Positions 44,244 through 54,967 of a stretch of DNA of 64,000 nucleotides are shown here, piece after piece. Every line of letters starts with the position of its first letter. The first letter of the stretch is position 1. Origin of the DNA: Candidatus Latescibacterota bacterium (GTDB taxonomy: Bacteria; Latescibacterota; UBA2968; GCA-2709665); contig CAXXXF010000006.1 in NCBI GenBank assembly GCA_963667175.2, positions 288,001 to 352,000 on the forward strand. The letters are read 5' to 3'. Made by a program: the position numbers and the translations under genes. The notes beneath the pieces were generated by a model that saw only the letters and a program-made list of their open reading frames with translations, had not been told where the DNA came from and ran no database searches.

Positions 44244-46016
44244 ATGACAAGATGCGTATTGATTTCAATTGCTGGTGTCGTGATTTTCAGTTCTGTCGCC
44301 GCCGCGCAGGATGGGACCCTGCTGTACAGTTTTCCCCATGAATTCACTCCATTTGACGAAATGGGCGGGTTGCCGGGCGCCGCGATGTTCGACTACGACA
44401 ACGACGGCGACCTGGATATCTACGTGGCGAACGGACATGGCTATCGCAACTACCTTCTCGAGAACGACGGGGAAGGCGATTTCAGGGACGTGAGCAGGGA
44501 GGCGGGGGTGGCCGTCACGGTTGAAACACACGGCGTGGCGAGCGCCGATATCGACAACGACGGCGACGCCGACCTGTTTGCGGCCACGGACGGCCGGAAT
44601 TATCTCTTCCTGAACAACGGCGACGGGACGTTTGACGACATCACGGAATCCGCGGGCATCGTCTCCCGCTATTTTTCGTCGACCGTTGCGTTTGCGGACG
44701 TCGACAACGACGGGTACGTGGACGTTTACGTGGGCGGCGCAGGCGGCGAGGACGGCGTGGAGCGTAACAGAATCGTGGGCACGGGCGAACTCTATCTCAA
44801 CAACGGCGATCTCACTTTCAGGGACATTACCGATGAAACCGGCACCGAAGCGACTTACACATGGTCCGTCCGCTTCTGCGACTACGACGACGACGGAGAC
44901 CCCGACCTGTTTACCGCAAACGACCAGGGGATTGCGCTTGCAGGTGAATGGTCTCCGATCCGATTATATCGTAATGACGGCAACCTGAGGTTCACCGACG
45001 TCACCCGGGAGGCCGGCCTAGGCATCACCGGAAGCTGGATGGGGCTCGCGTTCGGAGACTACGACCAGGACGGCGACTTCGACTTCTTCGCGACCAACGT
45101 GGGCGGCTCCTTCGTGGACAAGAAGGGGCACCAGGAGTACGATCTGCACGGGTTCTTCCGCAACGACGGCGGCGTATTCAGAAATATCGCGGAGGAACTG
45201 GAAGTCTCGGAGAACCTTACACTGGCCAAGCTGGAGTTCGGATGGGGCACGGTCTTTACGGATTTCGACAACGACGGCGACCTGGACCTGTACTACGTGG
45301 GAAACTACGATATGCTCCAGGCGTATAACAACCCCGGACACCTTCTGATCAACGACGGCGCCGGAGCGTTCAGGGATTCCACGGCCCGCTATGGTCTGAG
45401 GACGATCGATGGTACGGGCACACCCTCCATTGCGGTGGGCGTTGCTACCGGCGACGTCAACAACGACGGCCACGTGGACATTTTCGTCGCCAACGCCGGG
45501 ACGAATTTCCGAACGGGCTATCCAATGCTGTTTACGAAAAAATTCGACGACAACAACTGGATTCGCCTGAAACTCGAAGGCGCCGAAAGCAACCGGTCGG
45601 CCATCGGCGCCAGGATCCGGCTTACAGCCGGCGGAAAGACCCAGATCCGCGACGTGGCCAGCGGAGGCAGCAGTTTCTCTCAGAACAGCCTGTGGCCCAC
45701 GTTCGGCATCGGCGAGAGCACGGTGATCGACGACATCGAAATCCGCTGGCCCAGCGGGATCGTACAGACGTTCAAGGAGGTCGAGCCCAACCAGACGCTG
45801 GAGATCCTGGAGGAGCGTCCGCTCCCCGTCGTCGTCTACGCCAACCCCCGTGCCGACTTCAACGGCGACGGCGCGGTCGACTTCGGCGATTTCATCGCCA
45901 TCGCCGGCGCGTTCAATACGAATGATTCAATCTATGATCTGAACGGGAACGGCGTGGTTGACTTCAACGATTTCATCGAATTCGCGAAGTCGTTCGGGCG
46001 ACCGCTGCCACCATGA
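44244..46016 (+). CDS. CRTAC1-family protein (FG-GAP repeats, ASPIC/UnbV, dockerin/EF-hand tail)
   Basis: Seven DxDxDG/D(V)NNDG-type repeats, NRSAIGARI, IRWPSG, C-terminal ADFNGDGAVDFGDF and DLNGNGVVDFNDF. Confidence 0.9.
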   Translation: MTRCVLISIAGVVIFSSVAAAQDGTLLYSFPHEFTPFDEMGGLPGAAMFDYDNDGDLDIYVANGHGYRNYLLENDGEGDFRDVSREAGVAVTVETHGVASADIDNDGDADLFAATDGRNYLFLNNGDGTFDDITESAGIVSRYFSSTVAFADVDNDGYVDVYVGGAGGEDGVERNRIVGTGELYLNNGDLTFRDITDETGTEATYTWSVRFCDYDDDGDPDLFTANDQGIALAGEWSPIRLYRNDGNLRFTDVTREAGLGITGSWMGLAFGDYDQDGDFDFFATNVGGSFVDKKGHQEYDLHGFFRNDGGVFRNIAEELEVSENLTLAKLEFGWGTVFTDFDNDGDLDLYYVGNYDMLQAYNNPGHLLINDGAGAFRDSTARYGLRTIDGTGTPSIAVGVATGDVNNDGHVDIFVANAGTNFRTGYPMLFTKKFDDNNWIRLKLEGAESNRSAIGARIRLTAGGKTQIRDVASGGSSFSQNSLWPTFGIGESTVIDDIEIRWPSGIVQTFKEVEPNQTLEILEERPLPVVVYANPRADFNGDGAVDFGDFIAIAGAFNTNDSIYDLNGNGVVDFNDFIEFAKSFGRPLPP

Positions 46017-46044
46017 AAGAGCCCGGCGGAGCTTTCGCCGGGCC
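46017..46044. terminator. Terminator between convergent genes
   Basis: GCCCGGCG-7 nt-CGCCGGGC with flanking AAAGA. Confidence 0.6.
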
Positions 46045-46073
46045 TCGCCTGTCGTGTCCACCTCGTCAACGTC

Positions 46074-47003
46074 TCAGGGTTCCTCCACCACGACGAAACC
46101 CAGGGAGTCCACGGATGCGGACCCGAAGAGGCCGATCCCTCCCTCCACGTGGAAGAGCGGCCGCCGGAAGTTCTCGCCGGCCAGCCCGCCGAACCAGCCC
46201 TCCTGTGCCTGTGGCCCCGAGCGGACGTAGTCGTACCAATTCCGGTCCACCGCGTAAATCCGCATCAGGTGACGCCCGGTGAAATAGATCGCAAACCACG
46301 GCAGCCTGACGCTTCCTTCGGTAGACTCGATCGCCGGCGAACTTCCCGTGCGGTCCGGGCTTCCTTCAGATAGTTCTCTGTCGACCTCATCGGCTTCCCC
46401 GTCCAGACTCACGATACCGACCTGATAGCCCGGTACGTCGATCGGATCGAACCTGGCCTCGAGAAATCCAGTCTTGTAAACCACCCTGTTCTCCGGCGCA
46501 AGAAAGACCCCGTCCGCCGCTTCGGCAAACGTCTTCAGTTTCTGCAGCACCTGCTCGGTCTCCTGATTCAGAACGAGGCCCTCACGCAAACGGAACGGGC
46601 CGGGGGTGACCGTCGTCGCGCGCGCCGTCCTCCCCTTTGCGGTGACGACGAGGGCATACTGCGTTTCGGGGGTGACGAAAGGAGGGTCGGGCGGCGGCGC
46701 ATACTGAAACGGACTTGCATCCGGATCCCGGACGTACCGGAAGACGCGGTCGCCCTGATGGATCTCCACGACGGCGTCCGATACCACGACGTGTCTGAGG
46801 CTGTCGCGGTCGCCTGCAGCCACGGTCCGCGTCACGAAGACCGGGGGAAGCGGCCGTCCCACAATCAGCAGTCCGTCCAGCACCAGTTCGCCGCCGGCAT
46901 CCGGGCCGAACAACGATTCGGGCGTCCGTTCGGCCTGACATGCCGCCGTCAGCAGGCCGAAAACGACAGCCAGGATCTTTCGGACGGTAATCGGCGATTT
47001 CAT
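46074..47003 (-). CDS. DUF4249-like lipoprotein partner of the TBDR
   Basis: Lipobox TAAC, C-terminal HVEGGIGLFGS, directly downstream of a TBDR. Confidence 0.75.
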   Translation of the reverse strand: MKSPITVRKILAVVFGLLTAACQAERTPESLFGPDAGGELVLDGLLIVGRPLPPVFVTRTVAAGDRDSLRHVVVSDAVVEIHQGDRVFRYVRDPDASPFQYAPPPDPPFVTPETQYALVVTAKGRTARATTVTPGPFRLREGLVLNQETEQVLQKLKTFAEAADGVFLAPENRVVYKTGFLEARFDPIDVPGYQVGIVSLDGEADEVDRELSEGSPDRTGSSPAIESTEGSVRLPWFAIYFTGRHLMRIYAVDRNWYDYVRSGPQAQEGWFGGLAGENFRRPLFHVEGGIGLFGSASVDSLGFVVVEEP

Positions 47004-47087
47004 CAAAGGGATCTCCCGGAACGGGATGCCGGAAGCCGTGACAAGCGCATCGAAGGCACATCCGGACGGGTCAGAGCCGTTGGGATA

Positions 47088-49325
47088 TCAAAATGCATAG
47101 TTGATGCCCAGCGTGGGCACGACCGGCAGCATCTTCACGACCTCGGGATCGGCATGGACGGCATCCGGATCGAACTGGACGAACCACTCGTTGCGGCGGC
47201 TGTAGACGTTGAACACCTGGATATAGGCCTCCGCGTCGGTTCCGAAAACCCGGAATCCACGTTTGATACTCACGTCCAGCCTGTGATACGGCAGCAGCCG
47301 CGCGCTGTTCCGGTCGGCCGGCAGCGCATAGTTCTCGATTCCCGCGTCCGGCTCGGCGGGCGTCCTCAGCCTGTATACCGCCGAGGCCGGCGTAAACGCC
47401 TGCCCCGTCGCGTACAGCAGATTGGCGCCGAAGGTCCACCTGCCCACCCGCCAGTTGCTCACGAAAGAGAGATCGTGCCGCCTGTCGTACTTGGGCGGAA
47501 ACGTCTTGCCGCCGTTCAATTCCGCGAACCGCCGCCGCGTCCATCCCAGCGTATATCCGATCCATCCGGTGACCGACCCGGTGCGCCTCTGCAGGAAGAA
47601 TTCAACGCCGGCGGCGACGCCGGTCCCGCCGCTCACGAAGGTGTCTTCGGAGGTGCCCGCATCGGCGCCGACGGCAACGTTGTTGTCGAACAGCACCAGG
47701 TTCGCAAAGTCCGTACAGTACCCTTCCAACGTCAGTTGATACCGCTTCGAGGGTTCCCATTCCACGCCGGCGACGCCCTGCCAGGAACGGCCCGGCGCCA
47801 CGGTCCGGTCGAGAGGGACCCAGACGTCTCCGCCGCTGAAAACCTCCGTGGTCACCAGCTGGATGTACTGCCTGTATGATCCGACGCCCAGCTTCAGCTT
47901 CAACGCCGGCGTGAACCCGTGGCTGAGGGCGAACCGGGGTTCGGCGTGAAACCGGTTTCCCTCGCTGAAATAGCTGGCGCGCGCGCCCAGCCTGACGCTG
48001 GTCTCCGCGCGCGGCTGCCACAGGTCCTGCGCATACGCCGACAACAGGATCGGCCTTTCGCGGATATCCAGCTGATCGACCCGATTGAAACTCTGCCGGT
48101 AAGCAAAGTCGTACCAGGTGGCAAGGAATCCGGAATTCAGGGAATGCCGGCTGCTCGCGAAAAAGTCCAGATCCCCTTTTATGGTCATATCCCGGATCCC
48201 GTTGGAAAACAGGATCGGGGTCTCGATTGCGCGCACTTCAGTGTAACTGTCGTATTTGCTTCCCGACACCACGAGATTTCCGAACACGGCAGGAGAAAAC
48301 ACGTGGGTCCATCGTCCCGTGAAGGCCGTATTTCCCCACCGTACGTTGAAAAAACTCCCATCCTCGAATTCGAAATTCAAGTCGTCGCGTCCGAAGTATC
48401 CACTGAGCATCAGCCTGTCGCCGTCCGCGAAATCCTGGTTGAACTTTGCATTCGTATCGTAGAAATAGTAGGACGGCACTTCGGTGTCTTCGTCCTCGAT
48501 CAACGAGAGTACCGGTTCCAGATACGTCCGCCTTCCGGAGACCATCCAGGAACCCCTCCCGGCCGGTCCCTCCAGGGTCATTCGGGCGGAAATCAGGCTG
48601 ATCCCTCCCGTTCCCTCGAACCCCTTCCGGTTGCCGTCGCGGTTGCGCACGTCCAGAACGGCCCCCAGCCTTCCACCGTATTGTGCAGGGTAGGCGCCCT
48701 TGTGCAGGCTCATATCCTTGATGGCGTCGGGATTGAACGTGGAAAAGAAGCCGAACGCGTGCGTCGGGTTGTACAGGGGGATCTGATCCAGCAGGATCAG
48801 CGTCTGGTCCGGTCCGCCGCCCCGGATATACAACCCGCTGCTGAAATCCGAAGCCGCCTGGATTCCCGGCAGCAGCTGAAGGCTGCGAAGGAGGTCGGTC
48901 TCACCGACGGCGGGCAACTCCTGCAGCTGCGCGGTTTCCAGCGTCACAAAACCCGTCTGCACGTTCCGCTCCGCCTCGTACGGGTCCGCTTCAACCACGA
49001 TCTCCCGGGTCAGAATCGGTTCGGGGACCAGCTGCACGTTCAACTCCCGAAGCTCTGTCCCGGAAAACCGAAGTGTGTCAGCGTAACTCCGGTATCCGAT
49101 GTAGGAGACGATGAATAGGTACTCGCCGGGGGGGATATGCCGAATCGCGTAGTAAGCGTCCACGTTGCTCAGCGCGCCCAGCGGCGAGTCGCCCCCTTTG
49201 AGAACCACGTTCGAGTAGGGGAGCGACTCGCCGCTCGTGCCGTCCGTGACGAATCCGCTCAACGTGGCGGCCCACAAGCTACCGGGAAAGAGAAGAGCCA
49301 GTATCAGAATGCGCATTGTGTACAC
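47088..49325 (-). CDS. TonB-dependent receptor
   Basis: GETDLLRSLQLLPGI, IRGGGPDQ, PAQYGGRLGAVLDV, YHRLDVS, terminal F. Confidence 0.92.
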   Translation of the reverse strand: MYTMRILILALLFPGSLWAATLSGFVTDGTSGESLPYSNVVLKGGDSPLGALSNVDAYYAIRHIPPGEYLFIVSYIGYRSYADTLRFSGTELRELNVQLVPEPILTREIVVEADPYEAERNVQTGFVTLETAQLQELPAVGETDLLRSLQLLPGIQAASDFSSGLYIRGGGPDQTLILLDQIPLYNPTHAFGFFSTFNPDAIKDMSLHKGAYPAQYGGRLGAVLDVRNRDGNRKGFEGTGGISLISARMTLEGPAGRGSWMVSGRRTYLEPVLSLIEDEDTEVPSYYFYDTNAKFNQDFADGDRLMLSGYFGRDDLNFEFEDGSFFNVRWGNTAFTGRWTHVFSPAVFGNLVVSGSKYDSYTEVRAIETPILFSNGIRDMTIKGDLDFFASSRHSLNSGFLATWYDFAYRQSFNRVDQLDIRERPILLSAYAQDLWQPRAETSVRLGARASYFSEGNRFHAEPRFALSHGFTPALKLKLGVGSYRQYIQLVTTEVFSGGDVWVPLDRTVAPGRSWQGVAGVEWEPSKRYQLTLEGYCTDFANLVLFDNNVAVGADAGTSEDTFVSGGTGVAAGVEFFLQRRTGSVTGWIGYTLGWTRRRFAELNGGKTFPPKYDRRHDLSFVSNWRVGRWTFGANLLYATGQAFTPASAVYRLRTPAEPDAGIENYALPADRNSARLLPYHRLDVSIKRGFRVFGTDAEAYIQVFNVYSRRNEWFVQFDPDAVHADPEVVKMLPVVPTLGINYAF

Positions 49326-49500
49326 CAGGAGGCCTCCATGCGCGTTTTACTGCCGAGCACCTGCAGGACCGGGACCGCTCAGACCGAATCCCGGCTTCGT
49401 GCGTGTTCATTCAGCACTTCACGGGCTGAATTGATTTCTTTTGTGTTTTCGTGCCTGTTGCGGCAATTGCATTTTGCGCGTCAAACGGGTTCAGGCGCAG

Positions 49501-49527
49501 AAAAGCCCGGCGTTTTCGCCGGGCTTT
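49501..49527. terminator. Intrinsic terminator
   Basis: AAAGCCCGGCG-TTTT-CGCCGGGCTTT. Confidence 0.75.
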
Positions 49528-49651
49528 GTATTTCGGAACCCGTGCGCAGTCCGTCAGGTCCGCTTCTGGAACGACCGGATCCCGATTGGAGTTCCCGAAT
49601 TCCGCGTCCACGCCGCCCCTTCGGATTCCTTTGCGGCAGACATGGCCATGG

Positions 49652-50683
49652 TCAGGACAACCACTTCAGCAGGCGTAGCACGCCCTGTTTCACGGGATCC
49701 CGGTGGAGAGACCTCGCGCGCGCCGGGCCCGCCTGAGATCCGTGCTCGATAAACCAGTCGTAAGCCTCGATCAACGTCTCCACGTTGCCGTACCTGGGTC
49801 TCCAGCCAAGCTGTTTCTCGGACTCTGAGAGGTCGAAATAAAACGGCTTGTGGTACGTCAGGTAATGCCACGGGGCGAGCGGGCAGATTCTCAGAACATC
49901 CAGGACCTTCAGGGCAGACACGGTCAAGCCAACCGGCAGCCCCACGATTCCGGTCCTGCTGCCGGCATGCATGACGGTTGCGGCCAGGTCCTCGCGCAGC
50001 GTCGAATACCTCTCGGCGCCGACGTTGAATACCCCCTGCGTCTCCCGCTCCGCGCCCAGCAACGCGGCCGTCACGAGGTCGTCGACGTGAATGAACTGGA
50101 ACGGATTGTCACCCTTGCCGATGACGTAGATATTCCGGTTGTCGCGAATCCATTCGAACAGGATCTGAAAAATGCCCAGCCTGCCCGGTCCGAGGATGGT
50201 CCGCGGGCGAAGAATCAGGCTGGGCAACCCCTTTCGCGCGGCTCTCAGGACCACCTGCTCCGCGGCGAGCTTCGCACGGCCGTAAACCTCGACCGGCGCC
50301 GGCGGCGTGGCGCTTGTAATCGGACACGCGTCGGGGATGCCGAAGACCGCCGAGGACGACATGTGGATGAAAAGCCGGACACCGGCGTCGAGCGCGGCGT
50401 TTGCGGCGATCCTCGTGCCATTGACGTTGACGCCCCGGAATGCCGCGCCCGCCTTCGCCAGAGGCACCAGGGCGACGTTGTGGTGCACAAAGCGCACGCC
50501 CTTCATTGCGTCTCGCACGCCGCGCTCATCGCGTACGTCGCACGCCACAAACTCCGTGCCGGGCGGACGGTCCGGAGAATCGATGACGTCCAGAACCCGT
50601 ACGCTCTCACCCTCGGCGCGAAGCCGGCGGACGACGTGGCTTCCCAGAAAGCCCGAGCCGCCCGTTACCAGATGCATCGCCAT
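49652..50683 (-). CDS. NAD-dependent epimerase/dehydratase (extended SDR)
   Basis: TGGSGFLG, YGRAK. Confidence 0.9.
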   Translation of the reverse strand: MAMHLVTGGSGFLGSHVVRRLRAEGESVRVLDVIDSPDRPPGTEFVACDVRDERGVRDAMKGVRFVHHNVALVPLAKAGAAFRGVNVNGTRIAANAALDAGVRLFIHMSSSAVFGIPDACPITSATPPAPVEVYGRAKLAAEQVVLRAARKGLPSLILRPRTILGPGRLGIFQILFEWIRDNRNIYVIGKGDNPFQFIHVDDLVTAALLGAERETQGVFNVGAERYSTLREDLAATVMHAGSRTGIVGLPVGLTVSALKVLDVLRICPLAPWHYLTYHKPFYFDLSESEKQLGWRPRYGNVETLIEAYDWFIEHGSQAGPARARSLHRDPVKQGVLRLLKWLS

Positions 50684-51243
50684 GCGCCAGACCTGCCTGT
50701 GCCGACGCCGCGAACGACCTCCCGCGCCAGCGCGAAAATTTCGTAGACCACGTGCGCGGGTTTGATCCTGTAGTACCAGAGGCGGTCGACGATTCGTTCA
50801 TTGAAAAAAACCTTGAAGGGAACCCGGTGGACTCGAGCAATTCTGAAGCCCGACCTGGCGAAGCAGTAACGCGCCCGGTACGAGTGGATATCGGCGCAAA
50901 TCAGGTCGATGGGGCCCAGCGGCCATCGCCTGCGGTCGAGAAGGTACCTGCGCAGCAACTGCGCATTGCCGAACGTATCGACGTAGGCGGGTGACGCATA
51001 GACGGGACAGTGAATCTGCAGGCAATCCGACCTGGCGTTCAGATAATCTCGCGCGGCCTCCTGCTCATGGACGTCGCCGCCGAACCGGTTCGCCGGCGCC
51101 AGATACACGACGGAGCCCGACGCCGCAATCGACGCGACGTAGTCCAGCACCTGGCGAAAGAGAAAACTCGGCTCGGGAAGGGTCCTTCCATGGGCGTCTT
51201 TGGCCAGGCCTTCCGGCACGACAACCAGGGGCCTTCCCGTCAA
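50665..51243 (-). CDS. Hypothetical protein, YdcF/DUF218-like
   Basis: DTFGNA, ICADIHSYRA..F and YEI motifs recall DUF218; TTG 51243 overlaps the upstream stop (alternative ATG 51270). Confidence 0.55.
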   Translation of the reverse strand: MTGRPLVVVPEGLAKDAHGRTLPEPSFLFRQVLDYVASIAASGSVVYLAPANRFGGDVHEQEAARDYLNARSDCLQIHCPVYASPAYVDTFGNAQLLRRYLLDRRRWPLGPIDLICADIHSYRARYCFARSGFRIARVHRVPFKVFFNERIVDRLWYYRIKPAHVVYEIFALAREVVRGVGTGRSGAWRCIW

Positions 51244-52283
51244 GGCAGGAATCCCCGTTCGATACACCATTTGATGGACCGTCGCATGCCCTCCTCCAGG
51301 CCGATCCGCGGACAATAACCGAGTTCCCTTTCGGCCTTTTCGATCGAACACGCAATCGTCTTGTTCATCTCGGACAGGACGTGCACCTCCTGCCAGTAGA
51401 ATCCGGCGCGCTGTATCATCCAGTCGCAGACGGCGGCAACCTCACTGGCGATGGCGGGCAACCTCATCCGCCTGTGCGCCACGGGCAGATTGAATTCATG
51501 CTCCAGAAGGGTTTCAATCGTGTCAACCGTCTGGTTCATCGTGTAGGGCGTCCGGTCCGCGATCCAGTAGGTCTGACCGTTCGCTTCATCGATGCGGCCG
51601 GCGAGCAGAATGGCCTGGCAGAGATTGTCAATATAGGTCATCGAACGCCGGTTCTCTCCCCCGCCGACGACGGGAACACGCCCGTCCCGGATCATCTTGA
51701 AGAACCGCGTCTGACGCGGCGGCTGTCCCGGGCCGTAGAACCAGCAGGGACGGAGAACCGTGGTTTCCAGTTTTCCCGACGCGTGCGCCGCATTGACGAT
51801 ATCCTCGGCCAGCTTCTTCGACTTGCCATAGCTCAAGTATGGTCGATTCGGCGAATTTTCGTCGAACAGGCGATCGTTATCGGAGTGATGACCCGCCGGG
51901 CTGTTGGACGAAATCATCACCAGCCGTTTCACGCCCCGCTCCAGGGCGCCGTTGACGACGTTGCGTGCGCCGTCCGTATTCACGTCGTAAAAATCCCTGG
52001 CCCGCCTGGGATGAATGACACCGATGAGGTGAAAAAGCGTGGCGCCTTCGCATTCGGAAATAAACGGTTCGAGAGATTTCGCGTCGCGCACGTCACCCTC
52101 GACCACGCTGACCCTCCGGGAAAATCCTCGAAGCTCGTCCGAGTTCACGCCGTTCAATACCAGACATCGGACGTGGCGATCAGAATAGGGTTCCGTCAGC
52201 GACGGCATGCACGGCAGTCCATTGACGATCGCATCGACCAGACGCGTGCCCAGCCATCCGGGGGCGCCGGTAATCAGGATCAT
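51240..52283 (-). CDS. NAD-dependent epimerase/dehydratase (extended SDR)
   Basis: TGAPGWLG, YGKSK, LRPCWFYGPG. Confidence 0.9.
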   Translation of the reverse strand: MILITGAPGWLGTRLVDAIVNGLPCMPSLTEPYSDRHVRCLVLNGVNSDELRGFSRRVSVVEGDVRDAKSLEPFISECEGATLFHLIGVIHPRRARDFYDVNTDGARNVVNGALERGVKRLVMISSNSPAGHHSDNDRLFDENSPNRPYLSYGKSKKLAEDIVNAAHASGKLETTVLRPCWFYGPGQPPRQTRFFKMIRDGRVPVVGGGENRRSMTYIDNLCQAILLAGRIDEANGQTYWIADRTPYTMNQTVDTIETLLEHEFNLPVAHRRMRLPAIASEVAAVCDWMIQRAGFYWQEVHVLSEMNKTIACSIEKAERELGYCPRIGLEEGMRRSIKWCIERGFLP

Positions 52284-52349
52284 GCGCGAGACTTCCTTCC
52301 ATCCTTCACGTCCGGACCGTCCGATTTCACGGTCGGGCGGCAGGAGGCG

Positions 52350-52766
52350 TCAATCAACACGGGTCCCCACCCACTCGCTCCTGTTGCCGGTGATGTCCAC
52401 GACGTTTCCATCGGGATCAAGCACCTTGAACGAGACCGGCGGACGCACGTCGGGGTCGAACGGGTTGCGTTCCTTCACGTTTTCTCTCACGACTTCAGCG
52501 CCCCACGCCAGAATGCGTTCCCAGGTCGCGTCCAGGTCTTCCACGACCACGCCGAAATGGATATACTCATCTCCTTCCCGGAGCATGGGCCGATTCGAGC
52601 CGTCCGGCTGCTGGATCAGGGTGACGTTGTTCGTTCCGTCGCTCATATCCAGCGCGTCGCCGTGTGCGCGCCGCGCGATGAAACGCCAGCCGATCACTTC
52701 CTCGTAAAACCGCTTGGACCGTTCCATATCGGCGCAACGGAGCGCCAGGTGTCTCAACAGACCCAT
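52350..52766 (-). CDS. VOC/glyoxalase family protein
   Basis: LRHLAL, SKRFYE, HFGVVV, DPDGN; GGAGG RBS. Confidence 0.9.
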   Translation of the reverse strand: MGLLRHLALRCADMERSKRFYEEVIGWRFIARRAHGDALDMSDGTNNVTLIQQPDGSNRPMLREGDEYIHFGVVVEDLDATWERILAWGAEVVRENVKERNPFDPDVRPPVSFKVLDPDGNVVDITGNRSEWVGTRVD

Positions 52767-52828
52767 GGTATCCTCCTGATTGGCAATTAGCGGGTCGAAT
52801 TTTCCGTGCGCTCGTGGCCGGGCGCCGC

Positions 52829-53821
52829 TCACCGGGCATCCGGAAGTACGCCCGCCGCCCTGAGAACGGTTTCCTGAACGATCAATTCATGGTCCAGTGA
52901 CCGGACCCTCGGTTTCCGGCCCCTGATCTCGGCAACCATCGAGCGCAGGCTTCCCACGTACCTCGGTTCGTTCGCCACGGGTACCGACTGCCATCCCTCG
53001 CTGAAGCCGTCGCGGGCCCGGTCCAGACAGAGGCGGACCTCGGGATCGGGCTCGAGCGGCTCCATGACGATGCTCCCGCGCGTGCCGTAGACTTCGAACC
53101 GGCGCGACGGAAAGGCGGACACTTCCAACGAGGACGACTCGACGATCGCCATCGCGTTGTCATATTCGAAAACCGCCGCCGTATTGTCCCTGAAAGCGGG
53201 CACGGCCCCCCGCTCGTTCCTGAGGAACGACGTGACCCTGTCGGGCCGTCCCAACACCGCCACGACGATATCCATGAGATGGCACAATAACTCGAACAGT
53301 ATGCCACCCTTGTGTACCGCCAGCGCCTCGCGTCTGTCATCGTCAACCAGCGTGGACATCCGCCCCCGAACGGAGAAAACGTCCCCGAGTCTGCCGGATT
53401 TCACGCAGTCCAGGATGAACTGAAACCCGGCGTTGTACCGGAACATATACCCCAGCTGCAGCAGCAGTCCCTTCTTCCGGGCCAGGGCGACCAGCCCCTG
53501 GAACGCCTCCCAGTCGTCACCCGCCGGTTTATCCAGCCAGACGTGCTTGCCGTGCTCCAACGCCTCCCGGGCGAATCCCAGATTCTGTGCGATCGCCCCT
53601 TCCACCGCAATCGCCGCGATCGAGTCGTCCTCGAGCATGTCCTCGCGGGTGGGGTACCAGTTGACATCCGCGTACGCCTCCCGCGCGCCTCTCGCGGCCG
53701 TTACGGTCGGGTCCGGCTCATAGACGCCGCAGAAATCCACGGCCGGATTCGCCTTCAGTACCGCCGCCTTTCCCGCGGCGTGCGAGTGCTGAATTCCGTA
53801 TTGCGCAAACCTGATTTTCAT
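52829..53821 (-). CDS. Gfo/Idh/MocA family oxidoreductase
   Basis: HVWLDKPAG, GYMFRYN, GGILFELLCHLMD. Confidence 0.88.
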   Translation of the reverse strand: MKIRFAQYGIQHSHAAGKAAVLKANPAVDFCGVYEPDPTVTAARGAREAYADVNWYPTREDMLEDDSIAAIAVEGAIAQNLGFAREALEHGKHVWLDKPAGDDWEAFQGLVALARKKGLLLQLGYMFRYNAGFQFILDCVKSGRLGDVFSVRGRMSTLVDDDRREALAVHKGGILFELLCHLMDIVVAVLGRPDRVTSFLRNERGAVPAFRDNTAAVFEYDNAMAIVESSSLEVSAFPSRRFEVYGTRGSIVMEPLEPDPEVRLCLDRARDGFSEGWQSVPVANEPRYVGSLRSMVAEIRGRKPRVRSLDHELIVQETVLRAAGVLPDAR

Positions 53822-53944
53822 GGTTCCCCCTGCCCCGTCAAATCGACTCGATTTCCGAAATGCTCCGCGCAGCTTGCTCCGGGAGCACCGGGACGTTCCA
53901 GCGTGTTGGATCCCGGCGGAACGGCAACGGCCCCGGAAGCCGTT

Positions 53945-54919
53945 TCAAAACGGCGTCTCCACGCCCAGTTCCGCCGCAATCCTCGCCAGATCCCTCTGGT
54001 GGTCCGGACCGATAGGAATCCCCTCCACGGCCCAGCTGTGCTCCCGTTCCCATTCCAGCGCCCCCGGAAGCAACGCGCGGTCCTCACCGGGAAACGGCCG
54101 GAGTCCTCGCACGCCAGCGATAAAGTCATCCATCTGCCGTTGAAACGCTTCCGTCGGCGCAAAACCGGAAATATCCACGGCCAGGATGAACGACCCCTGG
54201 TTCACGGCCGGCCATTCCGCGCCCTGCTCGTCGAACGTCTGAATTCCGGCCAGCAGGCCTCCCAGTGCGTGGCAGACGGCGCCCAGACCGAGACTCTTGA
54301 AGAACGACGAGGGCATGCGTTGAAAAACCGTTTCGAAGTCCGCGTCTCCGCCCAGCGCGACACCGGTTGACATATCCAGCACGAGCGGATGCTCCCCGCC
54401 CGATGGAATCGCAAAACTCATCGGCGACGCGCCATTGGCCAACATGATTCCCTGTCCGGACGGGAGGCGCCGGACGTGCGACGACACCACAAAGCCGGCC
54501 ATTCCTGCGGCTGAAATGACCCGGGAGTACTTGCCCGCAGCCCCGAAATGGAAATGGTTGCGCGTGACCACCGCCGCCAGTCCCGAGGCTCGAGCCTTTT
54601 CCACGGCGAGGTGCGCCGCCCGCCAGGAAGCAAAATGACCCATCCCGCCGTCGCCGTCGATCGTGCCCGTGGCCGGGGTCTGGCACACGACGGACACGTC
54701 CGGGTTCGGATTCAGGTCTCCATCGCGCAGGAGAGGCAGGTAGCGCGCGGACTGCCGCGTGCCGTGGCTGAACACGCCGCGAATATCCGTACCCACAAGA
54801 AGCGCCGCCATCAGCCGCGCCCGGTCCACGGACATCTCCACCTGCCGATACATCTCGAACACGAACTCGCGCATGCGCTCCGGCATCACCCGTACGAATT
54901 CCGCGGGAACGACGTTCAC
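53945..54919 (-). CDS. Ldh_2 family (malate/lactate/ureidoglycolate-type) dehydrogenase
   Basis: DIRGVFSHG, IDGDGGMG, NHFHFGAAG, VLDMST, LPGALE. Confidence 0.88.
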   Translation of the reverse strand: MNVVPAEFVRVMPERMREFVFEMYRQVEMSVDRARLMAALLVGTDIRGVFSHGTRQSARYLPLLRDGDLNPNPDVSVVCQTPATGTIDGDGGMGHFASWRAAHLAVEKARASGLAAVVTRNHFHFGAAGKYSRVISAAGMAGFVVSSHVRRLPSGQGIMLANGASPMSFAIPSGGEHPLVLDMSTGVALGGDADFETVFQRMPSSFFKSLGLGAVCHALGGLLAGIQTFDEQGAEWPAVNQGSFILAVDISGFAPTEAFQRQMDDFIAGVRGLRPFPGEDRALLPGALEWEREHSWAVEGIPIGPDHQRDLARIAAELGVETPF

Positions 54920-54967
54920 GCCATCTCCCTCCTGGTAGCAGCCGCGAGAGCAGGCGGAGACTGAACA

